Shown here in pieces: positions 19,834-30,085 of a DNA stretch of 64,000 bases. Within the stretch, counting starts at the first letter, position 1, and each line of letters opens with the position of its first letter. The stretch is from an uncultured Rhizobium sp. (GTDB lineage: Bacteria > Bacteroidota > Bacteroidia > NS11-12g > UBA955). Under the pieces are notes generated by a model. It did not search any database, had not been told where the DNA came from, and saw only the letters and a program-made list of their open reading frames with translations. The position numbers were made by a program, and so were the translations under genes. Location: the NCBI GenBank assembly GCA_964527775.1, contig CAZGQS010000002.1, forward strand, positions 16,883 to 80,882, read 5' to 3'.

Positions 19834-21084
19834 ATGAAGAAATTCTCTATTATTCTTTTGGCAGGAATGTTGTTTACTTCGGTTTCTGCTCAAAACATCA
19901 AATCAGAAAAGGTTACTTATACTTACGTTAAGCTTCCTACCAATCCTGTTAAACCTAAGCCCGCCTCTTATTATTCTCAAATTCAGTCTGGAGCTGAATC
20001 TATCAATGCTGAATTAAAGTCAAGATACGAAACTGATTTGAATCAGGCCGAAAATGAATATCAAGAGGCACAAAACAATTATCAAGCTAACTTGAAGGCT
20101 GCGGATGAGCAGTATTTGAAAGAAATGGAAGAATACAACAACAAATCAATGGCCAAGAAGTTGGTTGAGAAGCAATTGTTGAATGAAAATACCAAGCCAG
20201 TAAAGCGATATGTACCAACTCCAAGTAAGAAATATGTTCCTGAGCCTAAATATGCTACTGCTCATGATGTGAGTACATTGGCTGCGACGTATTTGAAATT
20301 GGATGGATTTAACCGCGCAGAAGGAAGTGAGTTGAATTACTTGGTAACTATGGAAACGTTTGAGTTTTCTCAGCCAAAAGTAGTTTCAGAGGTTAGAAAA
20401 GAATCTACAGTTGCTAACGGGAAATCTACAAGTTACGATGTAACCTATTATCACTTGGAGTTTGAATATCGTTTGCCAATGACAGTAAAAGTGACTCGAA
20501 ACGGAAGTGAAGTTTATTTAGAGAATCCAGCCAAATTGCAGGAGTTTGCTAAATACAAAGGTTCTGAAGTAAAGAGTTATCCTTCAACTGATGTAACAGT
20601 ATTGGTGAAGAATCTTGAGCAGCAAGTGCTTAAGGAGAACCTTAATTACGTAAACCACTTGGTGAATGATCGTTTGGGATTTGAAAATACAGAACGCAAA
20701 ACCACCATAGATTATGTGAAGGATAAAAAGGGTGAGTATGCTGATCTTACAGAAGCATATAATTTGTCAAACATGGCTTATAATATGCTAGGTAAAACCG
20801 ATGATCAAGCTAAAGCTAAATTGGAACAAGCCGTTACTCTCTGGAATAAAGCTTTAGGTGAATCAGATTTATTGGATAAAAAAGCGAGAATTGATAAGAA
20901 GGTAACTGCTTCTTTGTGTTTCAATTTGTTGGAAGCCTATTTCGTTTTGAGAAATGCCGATGAAGGTGAGAAAATTTTAAACATGATGAACAAGATGGAT
21001 TTGTCTAGAAGCGACGCTAAGTTGCGTGATAATTATGCTCAAGAGTTTATTGACTTGCGCATGCGAATTATTGCTAATCAGTAA
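19834..21084 (+). CDS. Hypothetical secreted protein (coiled coil plus helical C-terminus)
   Basis: 416-aa ORF with signal peptide; TACCTTTG at 19818-19825. Confidence 0.75.
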   Translation: MKKFSIILLAGMLFTSVSAQNIKSEKVTYTYVKLPTNPVKPKPASYYSQIQSGAESINAELKSRYETDLNQAENEYQEAQNNYQANLKAADEQYLKEMEEYNNKSMAKKLVEKQLLNENTKPVKRYVPTPSKKYVPEPKYATAHDVSTLAATYLKLDGFNRAEGSELNYLVTMETFEFSQPKVVSEVRKESTVANGKSTSYDVTYYHLEFEYRLPMTVKVTRNGSEVYLENPAKLQEFAKYKGSEVKSYPSTDVTVLVKNLEQQVLKENLNYVNHLVNDRLGFENTERKTTIDYVKDKKGEYADLTEAYNLSNMAYNMLGKTDDQAKAKLEQAVTLWNKALGESDLLDKKARIDKKVTASLCFNLLEAYFVLRNADEGEKILNMMNKMDLSRSDAKLRDNYAQEFIDLRMRIIANQ

Positions 21085-21103
21085 TTAATGTTTAGTTTTT
21101 TAT

Positions 21104-21130
21104 AAAAAGGCCACCTTGAGTGGCCTTTTT
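21104..21130 (+). terminator. Intrinsic terminator
   Basis: AAAAAGGCCAC-CTTGA-GTGGCCTTTTT. Confidence 0.85.
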
Positions 21131-21218
21131 GTTGAACTTTTTAAGTTATTGCTTGCTCGTGAAAATAAAATGACATTGATTTTTTGCTAAAAATAGTTTC
21201 TGATTGTTGCTTTGGTGT

Positions 21219-22787
21219 ATGAAAAGATATTTTTATGTGATTTTAACTGTTCTAATAGGATTTATAGGTAGTTCGAATGCTCAATTTTTAGATTCCACAT
21301 GGGGCATTACCTGTTACACCAACAAATTTGATCCAACGTTTATTTTTAAATCAAACAAAATAGATACTTGTGTTACCTCTATAGACATAAAGGTTACATA
21401 TAAAGGTAAGCCTACCTACGCTTATTGGAGCGATGGACTTTCTGCTATCGATCGTACAATTAATTATTCAGGTACTTTTCAATTGTATCTATTTGATTCA
21501 GCAAATTGCGTTGATTCAACAGTTAAATTACAAGTAACTCTGAAAGGCGGTACTATTTATACTTATACTGACAACGGTTCCAAAGAAGTTACGATTTGTG
21601 AAGGTAACAGTACTAATTTATATGCCTATCACAACGAAGAGATTGTATGGAATACAGGAGAAACAAGTTCAAACATTTTGGTTGCAAAAGCAGGTATGTA
21701 TTTTGCAAAAACAAAATCAAGTAAGTCTTGTGTTACCGTTTCAGATACAATTACGGTTAAAGTAGTTACTCCGAAAAGGCTTTCAGTAAAGGTTACTGGT
21801 AAAACCGATTTTTGTTATGGGGATTCTTGTATTTTGGAAGTGAACACCACTGATTCGAATATTTATTGGTTCCCCTATTACACTTACGGAAAAAAGATTG
21901 TGGCCAAACAGTCAGGTATCTACACCGTCTACTACAAAGACCCAACCTACGGATGCGGCACTTTTTCAGATTCGGTTATTGTCAATGTAAAAACTCCTCA
22001 ATTGTTTTCAATATGTATGGTTACCAATGATAGCGCTACAGGAAAAAACAAAATTGTTTGGAAACCGCAAAGTTGGGTAACTAAGTATACAATATTTAGA
22101 GAGACTAATGTATCTGGTGAATTTGAGTTGATTGGTGAATTAAAAGGGTCATCTAATGAGTTTTTCATTGATACAACATCTAAGCCTAGAACCCGTGCTT
22201 ATACTTACTATGTTGATGCTTTTGATTCTTGCGGTAATTCAGCTATCGAAAATCAGTATTACAGACACACTACGTTGCATTTGACTGCAAGCTTGGGTGT
22301 TACGGGCGAAAATAATTTGAACTGGAGCGATTATTGGGGGATTTATCCAATCAATACCTATAATATCTACAGAAGTAACCAAGGTGGAGCATTTAAAAAG
22401 ATTGCTTCTGTAAGTGCATCTGTTAAGTCTTTTTCAGACTACGAAGCTCCTTCAGGAACCAATAGATATAAAATAGGTATTGACGCGGTTACCGATTGCA
22501 ATGCAGCTAAGGAAGAATTGAATTCCAACATTGTTGCATTTGGAATCTTGGCTGATGAAGATTTGAACATAAATACCTTAAGTTTGTCTCCAAATCCTGC
22601 ACAAAATACCGTTAGAATTAATGGTTTGAGTGGTTTGAATGCCATTAAGATTTACACTGCTGCTGGTGTTTTAGTTCAGGAGAATACCGTTTTTGATGGA
22701 ACAGACATTTCTATTGAGTCATTAACTAGCGGTTTATACTTGATTCAAGTAGAAAATATAGGAATTTTAAAATTAATAAAGGAATAA
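21219..22787 (+). CDS. T9SS-secreted protein with Ig-like/FN3-like repeats
   Basis: Signal peptide; ICEG...WNTGETS and FCYGDS repeats; LSPNPA C-terminal sorting domain. Confidence 0.8.
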   Translation: MKRYFYVILTVLIGFIGSSNAQFLDSTWGITCYTNKFDPTFIFKSNKIDTCVTSIDIKVTYKGKPTYAYWSDGLSAIDRTINYSGTFQLYLFDSANCVDSTVKLQVTLKGGTIYTYTDNGSKEVTICEGNSTNLYAYHNEEIVWNTGETSSNILVAKAGMYFAKTKSSKSCVTVSDTITVKVVTPKRLSVKVTGKTDFCYGDSCILEVNTTDSNIYWFPYYTYGKKIVAKQSGIYTVYYKDPTYGCGTFSDSVIVNVKTPQLFSICMVTNDSATGKNKIVWKPQSWVTKYTIFRETNVSGEFELIGELKGSSNEFFIDTTSKPRTRAYTYYVDAFDSCGNSAIENQYYRHTTLHLTASLGVTGENNLNWSDYWGIYPINTYNIYRSNQGGAFKKIASVSASVKSFSDYEAPSGTNRYKIGIDAVTDCNAAKEELNSNIVAFGILADEDLNINTLSLSPNPAQNTVRINGLSGLNAIKIYTAAGVLVQENTVFDGTDISIESLTSGLYLIQVENIGILKLIKE

Positions 22788-23069
22788 GGTTTTCTCTTAT
22801 TTCCTCGTTTTGAAGCAAACGCGAGAATTTGGCTTTGCTGAGATTAATTCGTTTCTGCTTTCGTTTTTATTAGGTATTCGGTTGATTCCAGGCTGATTGG
22901 AGAGGGCATTTTCGAATACATCAGTGAGCATTTCCAGGAGAAGGAAGGCGGATACGTTGTTGGCAGAATCATATTGAGTAAATTACGAGCAGTAAGTGAG
23001 ATATTCCACAACGATGTTGGAGTGGTGCTTTTTGCAAATCAAAACGGATGAATTTTAGTCAATTTATTT

Positions 23070-23098
23070 TGACGTATAAAAATTATATTTGTACGTCA
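23070..23098 (+). promoter_or_regulatory. TA operon promoter inside a 29-bp inverted repeat (putative operator)
   Basis: TGACGTATAAAAAT-T-ATATTTGTACGTCA (12 of 14 arm positions match) containing TATATTTG at 23084-23091. Confidence 0.65.
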
Positions 23099-23361
23099 TG
23101 GGTGAATATAAATTAACATTGCGTGTCTCAAACGAAGTAGCAGAGAAAGGAAAACTCTATGCTAAGCGTCATAAAACGAGTTTGTCTAAACTTGTTGAAG
23201 ACAAGTTATTAGAGTTATTGAATGAAGAAGCGCCGGAAATGAGGATAAATATATCCGATGACTTGATTTTTTTAAAAGGGTTGGTAAAAGATTTAGACAC
23301 AGATCAAAGCCGATGGGAAAATATGGAAGCTCGAATTTTGAGAAATGGTCATGCGGATTAG
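23098..23361 (+). CDS. DUF6364-like RHH antitoxin
   Basis: KLTLRVSNEVAEKGKLYAKRHKTSLSKLVED; overlaps the downstream PIN gene. Confidence 0.8.
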   Translation: MGEYKLTLRVSNEVAEKGKLYAKRHKTSLSKLVEDKLLELLNEEAPEMRINISDDLIFLKGLVKDLDTDQSRWENMEARILRNGHAD

Positions 23362-23767
23362 GATATTTTTAGACACCAATATATTGTCTGATTTGTTTTT
23401 GGATCGACGTCCTTATTCTGATCATACCTTGTTGCTTTTGAATAGTTCAAAAGATAAAGGTTGGGAATTGTCATGCTCTGCTCTCACAGTTGCTAACTTA
23501 TTGTATTTAATGAGGAGGTTAGATGACTCAATAAAGCAAAAAGCCTTAAGAATTATTCAACAATATATAGTCATTCTTGATTTAAAAGCAGAGCATCTCA
23601 TTGGAGCAATGTCATTGTACAGTAATGATGTTGAAGATGCAATTCAAATGCAAGTGGCAATTGAAAATAACCAAGACTATATCATTACAAGAGATTTGAA
23701 AGGATTTCTCAATTCTCCAATAGAAGTAAAAACCTTGGTGGAGTTTCTAGGGTTTGAAAGTGAATAG
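23345..23767 (+). CDS. PIN-domain (VapC-like) toxin
   Basis: IFLDTNIL, DVEDAIQ and IITRD acidic motifs. Confidence 0.85.
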   Translation: MVMRIRIFLDTNILSDLFLDRRPYSDHTLLLLNSSKDKGWELSCSALTVANLLYLMRRLDDSIKQKALRIIQQYIVILDLKAEHLIGAMSLYSNDVEDAIQMQVAIENNQDYIITRDLKGFLNSPIEVKTLVEFLGFESE

Positions 23768-23795
23768 AGGATCTTAAAATTCCACGAGAATACTT

Positions 23796-24353
23796 TCACA
23801 ATTCATCACTCCCTTTTTCGTAACCTTCGTAGTAGTAAGATTGTTCGATTCCCTTGAAAATTATTTCACGGTTATTGACGTCATCAGTTAGGTTTGAGTA
23901 AAGTAATGTTCGAAGCTCTAAGTCGTTAATTGGACTGCGTTCCATGGCTTGGAGGTATAGAGTTTTATCGACAAACTGCCAGTTTACTACTTTTTTTAAC
24001 TTATCTTTTAGAAGCAAATCGAGCCAAATACGCATGGTTCTACCGTTGCCTTCCATGAACGGATGAGCAATGTTCATTTCAACATATTTACCAATAATTT
24101 CCTCGAAAGTGCTTTCTGGCATCTGCTCAACTTTTTTAAGTGCTTCTTCCAGATATAAAACTGTTGCAAATCGAAAGCCACCCTTAGAGATATTTTGGGT
24201 TCTAATTCGGCCAGCGAAATTGTAAAGTCCTTCAAACAAATATTTATGGATTTGAATTAATCCATTGGTAGTTCCTATTTCAATCTTGTTGATGTCGCCA
24301 GATTCAAATAGTTTGTAGGCTTTTACTAAACTTTCTTTGTCCAAATTTTTCAT
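23796..24353 (-). CDS. fic: Class III Fic protein (NmFic-like AMPylase)
   Basis: Active-site [12 protein letters not shown] and C-terminal inhibitory SYYYEG motif. Confidence 0.9.
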   Translation of the reverse strand: MKNLDKESLVKAYKLFESGDINKIEIGTTNGLIQIHKYLFEGLYNFAGRIRTQNISKGGFRFATVLYLEEALKKVEQMPESTFEEIIGKYVEMNIAHPFMEGNGRTMRIWLDLLLKDKLKKVVNWQFVDKTLYLQAMERSPINDLELRTLLYSNLTDDVNNREIIFKGIEQSYYYEGYEKGSDEL

Positions 24354-24391
24354 GGGCGAAATTACTTATATTACTGAAAATAATACAATAA

Positions 24392-24766
24392 GGTGGAGTT
24401 GGGGGGAATCGAACCCCCGTCCGGAGATGCGAAAGCTGGCGCTTTCTACAGGTTTAGAACTAGATTGGTTTTCGAGCAATTCTAGGCTCCGTTCTTGCCT
24501 TTAAATTGCCTTAGCGAACTTTATAATGCAAGTGGTCATTCGCAACCCCTTATGCATACCCGTGCAGGTCGATTGCCTCTGATAGACTTCGGCACGAGTC
24601 AAGAAGTCTGAGACAAATGGCACAATGCTAATCGCTCGGATTAAGCAGCCATGGCGTAGTTATTTTCGCCTCTTAATGGTTTGAAAGTTCAGATTTGGGT
24701 GCAACACTTACAACGCACCACCTGCTTACACCGCGTTCATTCATCCCGTCAATTCCGATCAACCCC
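24392..24766 (-). ncRNA. ssrA: tmRNA
   Basis: 5' GGGGTTGATCGGAATTGACGGG; 3' GACGGGGGTTCGATTCCCCCCAACTCCACC; tag ORF at 24670-24641 encodes GENNYAMAA*. Confidence 0.95.
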
Positions 24767-24842
24767 TAACGCGACTACAAAAATACATAAAAATTCCCTA
24801 TTTATCTTGTATTTTCGTAGCTTTGAACGACTTCCCGCCGTA

Positions 24843-27800
24843 ATGATCACCCTTAATAATCTTCGGTTTCTTATTATTCTTCCCTTTCTGTTTCATTCAG
24901 TACTGTTTTCTGCTACTCGCTATGTAACATCTAATAGCACTTCTAGCAGTGGTGGTTTGGCCTACGAGATTGCGCAAGCATCCAGTGGTGATGTTGTAGA
25001 AATCCAAAATAACATAGTAATTTCAGCTCAAATAAGCATTTCCAAAACCATAACCATAAACGGAAATGGAAATAGCATTTCCGTACAAACTCCGGGAGTT
25101 GACGATAACGGTGTAAATAACACATCGCCTTCTACCCATAGATTGTTCTCTGTAACAGGAAACAGCATTACAGTTACTTTGAACAATATTAGGCTCAGAG
25201 GGGGCGATATTATGGGAGGTTGTATCTACAATACAGCCAAAGATTTGGTTCTTAATCGCGTCATACTTTCTAACGGCCGTAATTCAATGCCTGGTGCACC
25301 TCAATATAGTCAAGGTGGCGGTGCAATTCATAATGCAGGCGGTACAATTTACATGAATGAATGTCAGCTTATTCGTAATTCTGCAGGATTTGGTGGCGGA
25401 TTTGTGAATAATGGCGGAACAATGTATGTGGAACAAACTACTTTCGCAGAGAATCGTTCTGAAATATCTAATGGCGGGGGTGGAGGATGTGAAAATAAAA
25501 GCGGAGGTACTTTGGTGCTTAATAATTGTACATTTTCTAACAATAAGAGTACAGAAAGAGGTGGAGGTATTAATAACAATGGCAGTGGTTCAAAGGTGTA
25601 TGTTCTAAATTCAACGTTTACAGGAAATGTAGCTTATGGATCTACTTATGGCGGTGCCTTAGATAACAGATCTGACGCTTTAGTGTTGAATTGTATTTTT
25701 GCCTACAATTATTCAATTACCAGCGGAAACTTTAGCAGCCCTACGAGTTATAGACTCGATGACTTTTCTAGTCCAGGTGGAAATGGAACTCAAACTTATT
25801 ACAGTATATATCATGCTTCTGTAAATTCATTTTTAACAGGTAGTAACGGTAATATTCCATATGGTGGTGACCCTGATGGATCTGATAATGATATTTTTGC
25901 CGGTGGTATTTATACCAAAATAACTGACGGTACAGGTAGTGAAATTGGTACAGCCAAAGTATTTCAACCATATTTGGTGAGTAATTTGACCAAAACGGCA
26001 ACCCTTCAATTGGGCAGTTTTCCCAATCAATCATCCAACAAAGGTGTAGTAACCGGTTTCACCCCAGGAAATGGTACCATTTCAATTGGGTATAAAAACC
26101 CTTCAACAGGAAGTTGGGTTAACCTACTTAATTCTGCAGCTTCAAACAATGTGGTTACCGTTGACCAACTTGACTCAACTCGAAGCAATACGCCAACGCG
26201 CGGATCTGTAGAAACAGAAATCAATACGGTTTATATGTTAAAAGTATTGAAAGGCACCAATGGTTCATCTACCGGCGGTTCGCTTTACGGTGATATTTAC
26301 GAATCAGGTGAGCAGGTTACATTGACGGCTTTCCCTAATACAGGATACAGATTTAGTTATTGGAAGAACGTAAATTCAGGCAATTCAGTTTCAACATCCA
26401 ATCCCTGGACACTTACAATTACCAAAGATTCAACCGTTGAACCTGTTTTTGTTACTTCTACAAATTATTCAGTAACGTATATTGGCAATAATCAAACCAA
26501 CGGAAATGCTCCCAGTGTGCAAAGTTTTACAACTGGTGGTTCCGTAACATTGTCAGGCAAAAATACGCTTTATAAGGACGAGTATTATTTTAATGGATGG
26601 AATACGAATGCTACAGGTACGGGTACAAATTTTTCTCCAGGCACTGTATATTCAACAAGCAGTAACTTGACATTGTATGCAGTTTGGGTACCATATGTTA
26701 AATATTACGTTAAATCAGGTTCTACTTCTAGTTTAAATGCTACCAGTAGTTGGTCAGGTACTAAAGATGGAACCGGTGGGTCTCCAACTAATTTTGCTAA
26801 TGATAAAATATTCATTTTATCCAATACTGCAGGTTCTACCTCATTTACAACCGGTGGAACATGGACGGTAGAAGGTGCTGTGCAAATTCCGGTGGGTGCA
26901 ACTTTAAATATTAGCTCAAATACCACAACTACTTTTTCTAACGATGTCACCAATGAAGGCGTTATTATTGGTGGTTCTGGATCTACATTGGTTTTAGACG
27001 GAACGGATATGCAATTTGTTGGTGGTAGAAATCAGTTAATTAATTTGGTTTGCGATAATTCTGCTGGGATTACTTTTACTGATTCTACTGACATTTACGA
27101 GTCTTTGGAATTACTTCAAGGAACGTTATTTCCTGGAAATAAATTTACATTTAAGAGTAACGCTACAAAAACGGCTATTTTAAAACCAGTGGTTAATGGA
27201 GCATCCGTTTCTGGAAATGTTACTGTGGAACGATATTTTCCAGCTAAAAGAGCTTATAGATTGGTTTCTTCGGCAGTATCAAGTTCAGGTTCTATTCGAG
27301 AAAATTGGCAGGAAGCTGGAAGAACAAAATCTGGATTGGGAACCCATATCACCGGCTCTACCAACGGTGCCGATGGTTTGGATGCAACCTTAACTGGAAA
27401 TACTTCTCTTTTTGTATACAACAACTCATCTTCAAGTTGGGTTGCATTGACCAATACCAGTGTTACTAAATTAAATAGAAATACTCCTTATCGTCTAATG
27501 ATTAGGGGAGATCGAACAGTAAGTTTAGCAACCAATACACCGCCGCCAACAAATACTATTTTAAGAGCCAAGGGAACCTTAGGCATAGGTACAATCAATA
27601 TGCTCATGGGGAATCAGGGCTCCGGCGATAACCTGTTTGTTGCTAATCCGTATCAGTCTCCAGTTGATTTAAATACTGTGGTCACTTCCTCTTCTAAAAT
27701 TGATAATGATGTTTGGTTTTGGGACCCTCAATTATCTACTAGAGGAGCCTATGTTTCTGTTGACGTCTCAACAAATACTACCACCAATAGTTCATCTGCG

Positions 27801-28628
27801 GCAAATAAATTCTTGCAGCCAGGACAAGCCTTTTTTGCTATTGCTACTGGAAGTGAAGCTTCTGTGACGTTCTCTGAATCAGCAAAAGGAAATTCATTTA
27901 CCAATACCTTTAGAACCACTGTTCCAGATGCCAAGATGGCATTGAGATTGTTTCACAAAGATTCATTTGCCACTGAAGCGACTTCCTGTGATGGAATTAC
28001 CGCTTATTTTTCGAAGGAATATTCCAATGGGGTAGATTTTGACGATGTTGTGAAATTAAACAACCTTGATGAGACCCTTTCTTGGCTTCTTGATGGAAAA
28101 ACATTAGCAAAACAAAATGCAAGTTTGCCAGAAAGTTCAAGTGTGATGCCGCTTTCCATTAAACAGTATCGTGAGAAAAATTATGTTTTAGTAGTTGATT
28201 TTGAAGGTGAACTGACTCTACAACCATATTTGTTTGATAAAATCTTAAATTTACAATATCGTATAGATGCAGGTCAGAATGATTTCTTCTTTGATGTTCT
28301 AGCCCCAGGTAGTGATGCGAGCGATAGATTTCAAATTGTGTTTAAGGAAAAATCAACGTCTAATGTTTATCAGGTTTATCGTTCGGAGGTACAGGTTCAT
28401 CCAAATCCTTCAGAAAATCATCAAATTCAAGTTGTTGGTTTTATGAGCTCTGACCCCGTGAAAATTGAAGTACTTGATGTTCATGGGCGAACTGTACATA
28501 AACAGAGTTTACCCTGTTATTTGGGATTAGAGAACATTCAATTGCCAGTGAATTTATCACCAGCATGTTACACCCTTTTGCTCAATTCAAAAAGCCAATC
28601 TGTAACGTGTAAATTGATTTTGAAATAA
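24843..28628 (+). CDS. Large T9SS surface protein: beta-helix (Pmp-like GG/FxxN repeats) plus InlB B-repeats
   Basis: GGGAIHN/TFSNN repeats; Listeria-Bacteroides repeats (FNGWNTNATGTG...LTLYAVW); ANPYQSPVD and PGQAFF motifs; VHPNP sorting domain. The ORF-track start at 24681 overlaps ssrA. Confidence 0.8.
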   Translation: MITLNNLRFLIILPFLFHSVLFSATRYVTSNSTSSSGGLAYEIAQASSGDVVEIQNNIVISAQISISKTITINGNGNSISVQTPGVDDNGVNNTSPSTHRLFSVTGNSITVTLNNIRLRGGDIMGGCIYNTAKDLVLNRVILSNGRNSMPGAPQYSQGGGAIHNAGGTIYMNECQLIRNSAGFGGGFVNNGGTMYVEQTTFAENRSEISNGGGGGCENKSGGTLVLNNCTFSNNKSTERGGGINNNGSGSKVYVLNSTFTGNVAYGSTYGGALDNRSDALVLNCIFAYNYSITSGNFSSPTSYRLDDFSSPGGNGTQTYYSIYHASVNSFLTGSNGNIPYGGDPDGSDNDIFAGGIYTKITDGTGSEIGTAKVFQPYLVSNLTKTATLQLGSFPNQSSNKGVVTGFTPGNGTISIGYKNPSTGSWVNLLNSAASNNVVTVDQLDSTRSNTPTRGSVETEINTVYMLKVLKGTNGSSTGGSLYGDIYESGEQVTLTAFPNTGYRFSYWKNVNSGNSVSTSNPWTLTITKDSTVEPVFVTSTNYSVTYIGNNQTNGNAPSVQSFTTGGSVTLSGKNTLYKDEYYFNGWNTNATGTGTNFSPGTVYSTSSNLTLYAVWVPYVKYYVKSGSTSSLNATSSWSGTKDGTGGSPTNFANDKIFILSNTAGSTSFTTGGTWTVEGAVQIPVGATLNISSNTTTTFSNDVTNEGVIIGGSGSTLVLDGTDMQFVGGRNQLINLVCDNSAGITFTDSTDIYESLELLQGTLFPGNKFTFKSNATKTAILKPVVNGASVSGNVTVERYFPAKRAYRLVSSAVSSSGSIRENWQEAGRTKSGLGTHITGSTNGADGLDATLTGNTSLFVYNNSSSSWVALTNTSVTKLNRNTPYRLMIRGDRTVSLATNTPPPTNTILRAKGTLGIGTINMLMGNQGSGDNLFVANPYQSPVDLNTVVTSSSKIDNDVWFWDPQLSTRGAYVSVDVSTNTTTNSSSAANKFLQPGQAFFAIATGSEASVTFSESAKGNSFTNTFRTTVPDAKMALRLFHKDSFATEATSCDGITAYFSKEYSNGVDFDDVVKLNNLDETLSWLLDGKTLAKQNASLPESSSVMPLSIKQYREKNYVLVVDFEGELTLQPYLFDKILNLQYRIDAGQNDFFFDVLAPGSDASDRFQIVFKEKSTSNVYQVYRSEVQVHPNPSENHQIQVVGFMSSDPVKIEVLDVHGRTVHKQSLPCYLGLENIQLPVNLSPACYTLLLNSKSQSVTCKLILK

Positions 28629-28635
28629 GACGTAA

Positions 28636-29286
28636 TCACTCCCGAATCTCGGCAAAAAATTGGTCCAAATACTCCAACATGAATTCATGCCTTTCTTGTG
28701 CCATCTCTCTTCCCGTTTTGGTGTTCATTAAATCTTTCAGCAACAATAACTTCTCATAAAAATGATTCACTGAAGGTTGTTTGCCTTTTTTGTACTCCTC
28801 TTTGGTCATTTCTAAATTGGGTGGGATCTCCGGATTGTAAATTTCGTTGCCCTTGAATCCGCCATAGTTGAATGCCCGTGCAATGCCAATCGCTCCAATG
28901 GCGTCAAGCCGGTCAGCGTCTTGAACAATGTCTAATTCTTTTGAATGGAAGGTTCTTTCCGACTTTCCACCCTTGAAAGAAATATTTTCAATGATTGAAA
29001 CTACATGATTGATTTTAATAGAATCAAATCCCTCGGAACTAAGAAACACTCTTGCTGTTTCTGGACCAATTTGTTCGTTTCCGTTGTGAAACTTAGAATC
29101 GGCAATGTCATGCAGCAGCGCCGCAAGAAGCACCACCTCAGTGTCAATGTCAGATTCGCCGCTTGCAATTTTTTGGGCGTTTAAATACACCCTGTGGGTG
29201 TGCCACCAGTCGTGCCCGCCTTCAGAATTTTTCAACGTCTGCTGAACATAGTTGATGGTTTTATCTATTATTGAACTTGATTCCAT
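28636..29286 (-). CDS. HD-domain phosphohydrolase (YedJ-like)
   Basis: GHDWWHTHRV, LLHDIAD and VQDADRLDAIGAIGIAR. Confidence 0.9.
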   Translation of the reverse strand: MESSSIIDKTINYVQQTLKNSEGGHDWWHTHRVYLNAQKIASGESDIDTEVVLLAALLHDIADSKFHNGNEQIGPETARVFLSSEGFDSIKINHVVSIIENISFKGGKSERTFHSKELDIVQDADRLDAIGAIGIARAFNYGGFKGNEIYNPEIPPNLEMTKEEYKKGKQPSVNHFYEKLLLLKDLMNTKTGREMAQERHEFMLEYLDQFFAEIRE

Positions 29287-29312
29287 TTTGTTATCGCAAA
29301 GATGCATTGAAC

Positions 29313-30071
29313 ATGAATAAAATTTTTCTTCTTTTCTGGGGATTATTTATCCTCCCAATTTCCGGAAAAGCACAACATAGCGGTGGTAATTTTAGTTTCT
29401 GGGCTCGTCAAGATTCATCTTCCCAAGGGATGCAAAAACACTTAGATTCGCTGTTTGGTGACTCGTTTGATATGGAGTTGGGGTTAATGTCGAACACCTT
29501 ATTCGAGAAACACATTGGCGGTCAGGGGCAGTCGTTGTTGGGTTTGAAACTCGAAAGAAAAAACATCCCCCGAGAAAAAAGAGATACCTCTAAAAGGCTG
29601 CAGCCTTGGGCTATTTTAGATATTGTTACGGAGCGAGATACTTGGTTAAATCTGGCGGTGGGGTTGGAGCGATACGATTCGCTGAGCAAGTTTGAAGATG
29701 TTGATTGGCAGAAGTTTGGATGGGCCAGGAATGTGTCGAAATTCGATGAGCATTTTGTGGCAGATCAGTATATTTTGCCTTTGCCGTGCAATCATTTTCC
29801 TATATATGTGGCCTATTGGGGGCCGGGCGAGTCAACGTTATCAATTGATAATGATTTTGCCGATGGATTGAAATTGGATGATGTTTTACCATTTATGGAA
29901 GAGCAAAAATTTCATCAGGAGGCCTATCACGGAGGGCATTGCATGGAGATTTTCAGGGAGGTCATTTTTGATATTCAGACGCGACACGCTGACATACGTG
30001 AGATCAACGACTTTGTGGAGAAATTGACGGCGATGGGGTTTCGCTTGAAGGTGATGTACCCGGTAGATTAG
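29313..30071 (+). CDS. Hypothetical secreted protein
   Basis: Long ORF with signal peptide; no recognisable motif. Confidence 0.6.
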   Translation: MNKIFLLFWGLFILPISGKAQHSGGNFSFWARQDSSSQGMQKHLDSLFGDSFDMELGLMSNTLFEKHIGGQGQSLLGLKLERKNIPREKRDTSKRLQPWAILDIVTERDTWLNLAVGLERYDSLSKFEDVDWQKFGWARNVSKFDEHFVADQYILPLPCNHFPIYVAYWGPGESTLSIDNDFADGLKLDDVLPFMEEQKFHQEAYHGGHCMEIFREVIFDIQTRHADIREINDFVEKLTAMGFRLKVMYPVD

Positions 30072-30085
30072 GTGTAATGCGCAAT

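Noticed and set aside
22790-24391. Intact integrative element or prophage at ssrA
   Set aside because: No integrase, no phage genes and no duplicated ssrA 3' end found by eye.
24681-24842. N-terminal extension of the 1315-aa ORF
   Set aside because: Overlaps ssrA on the opposite strand; the signal peptide begins at ATG 24843.
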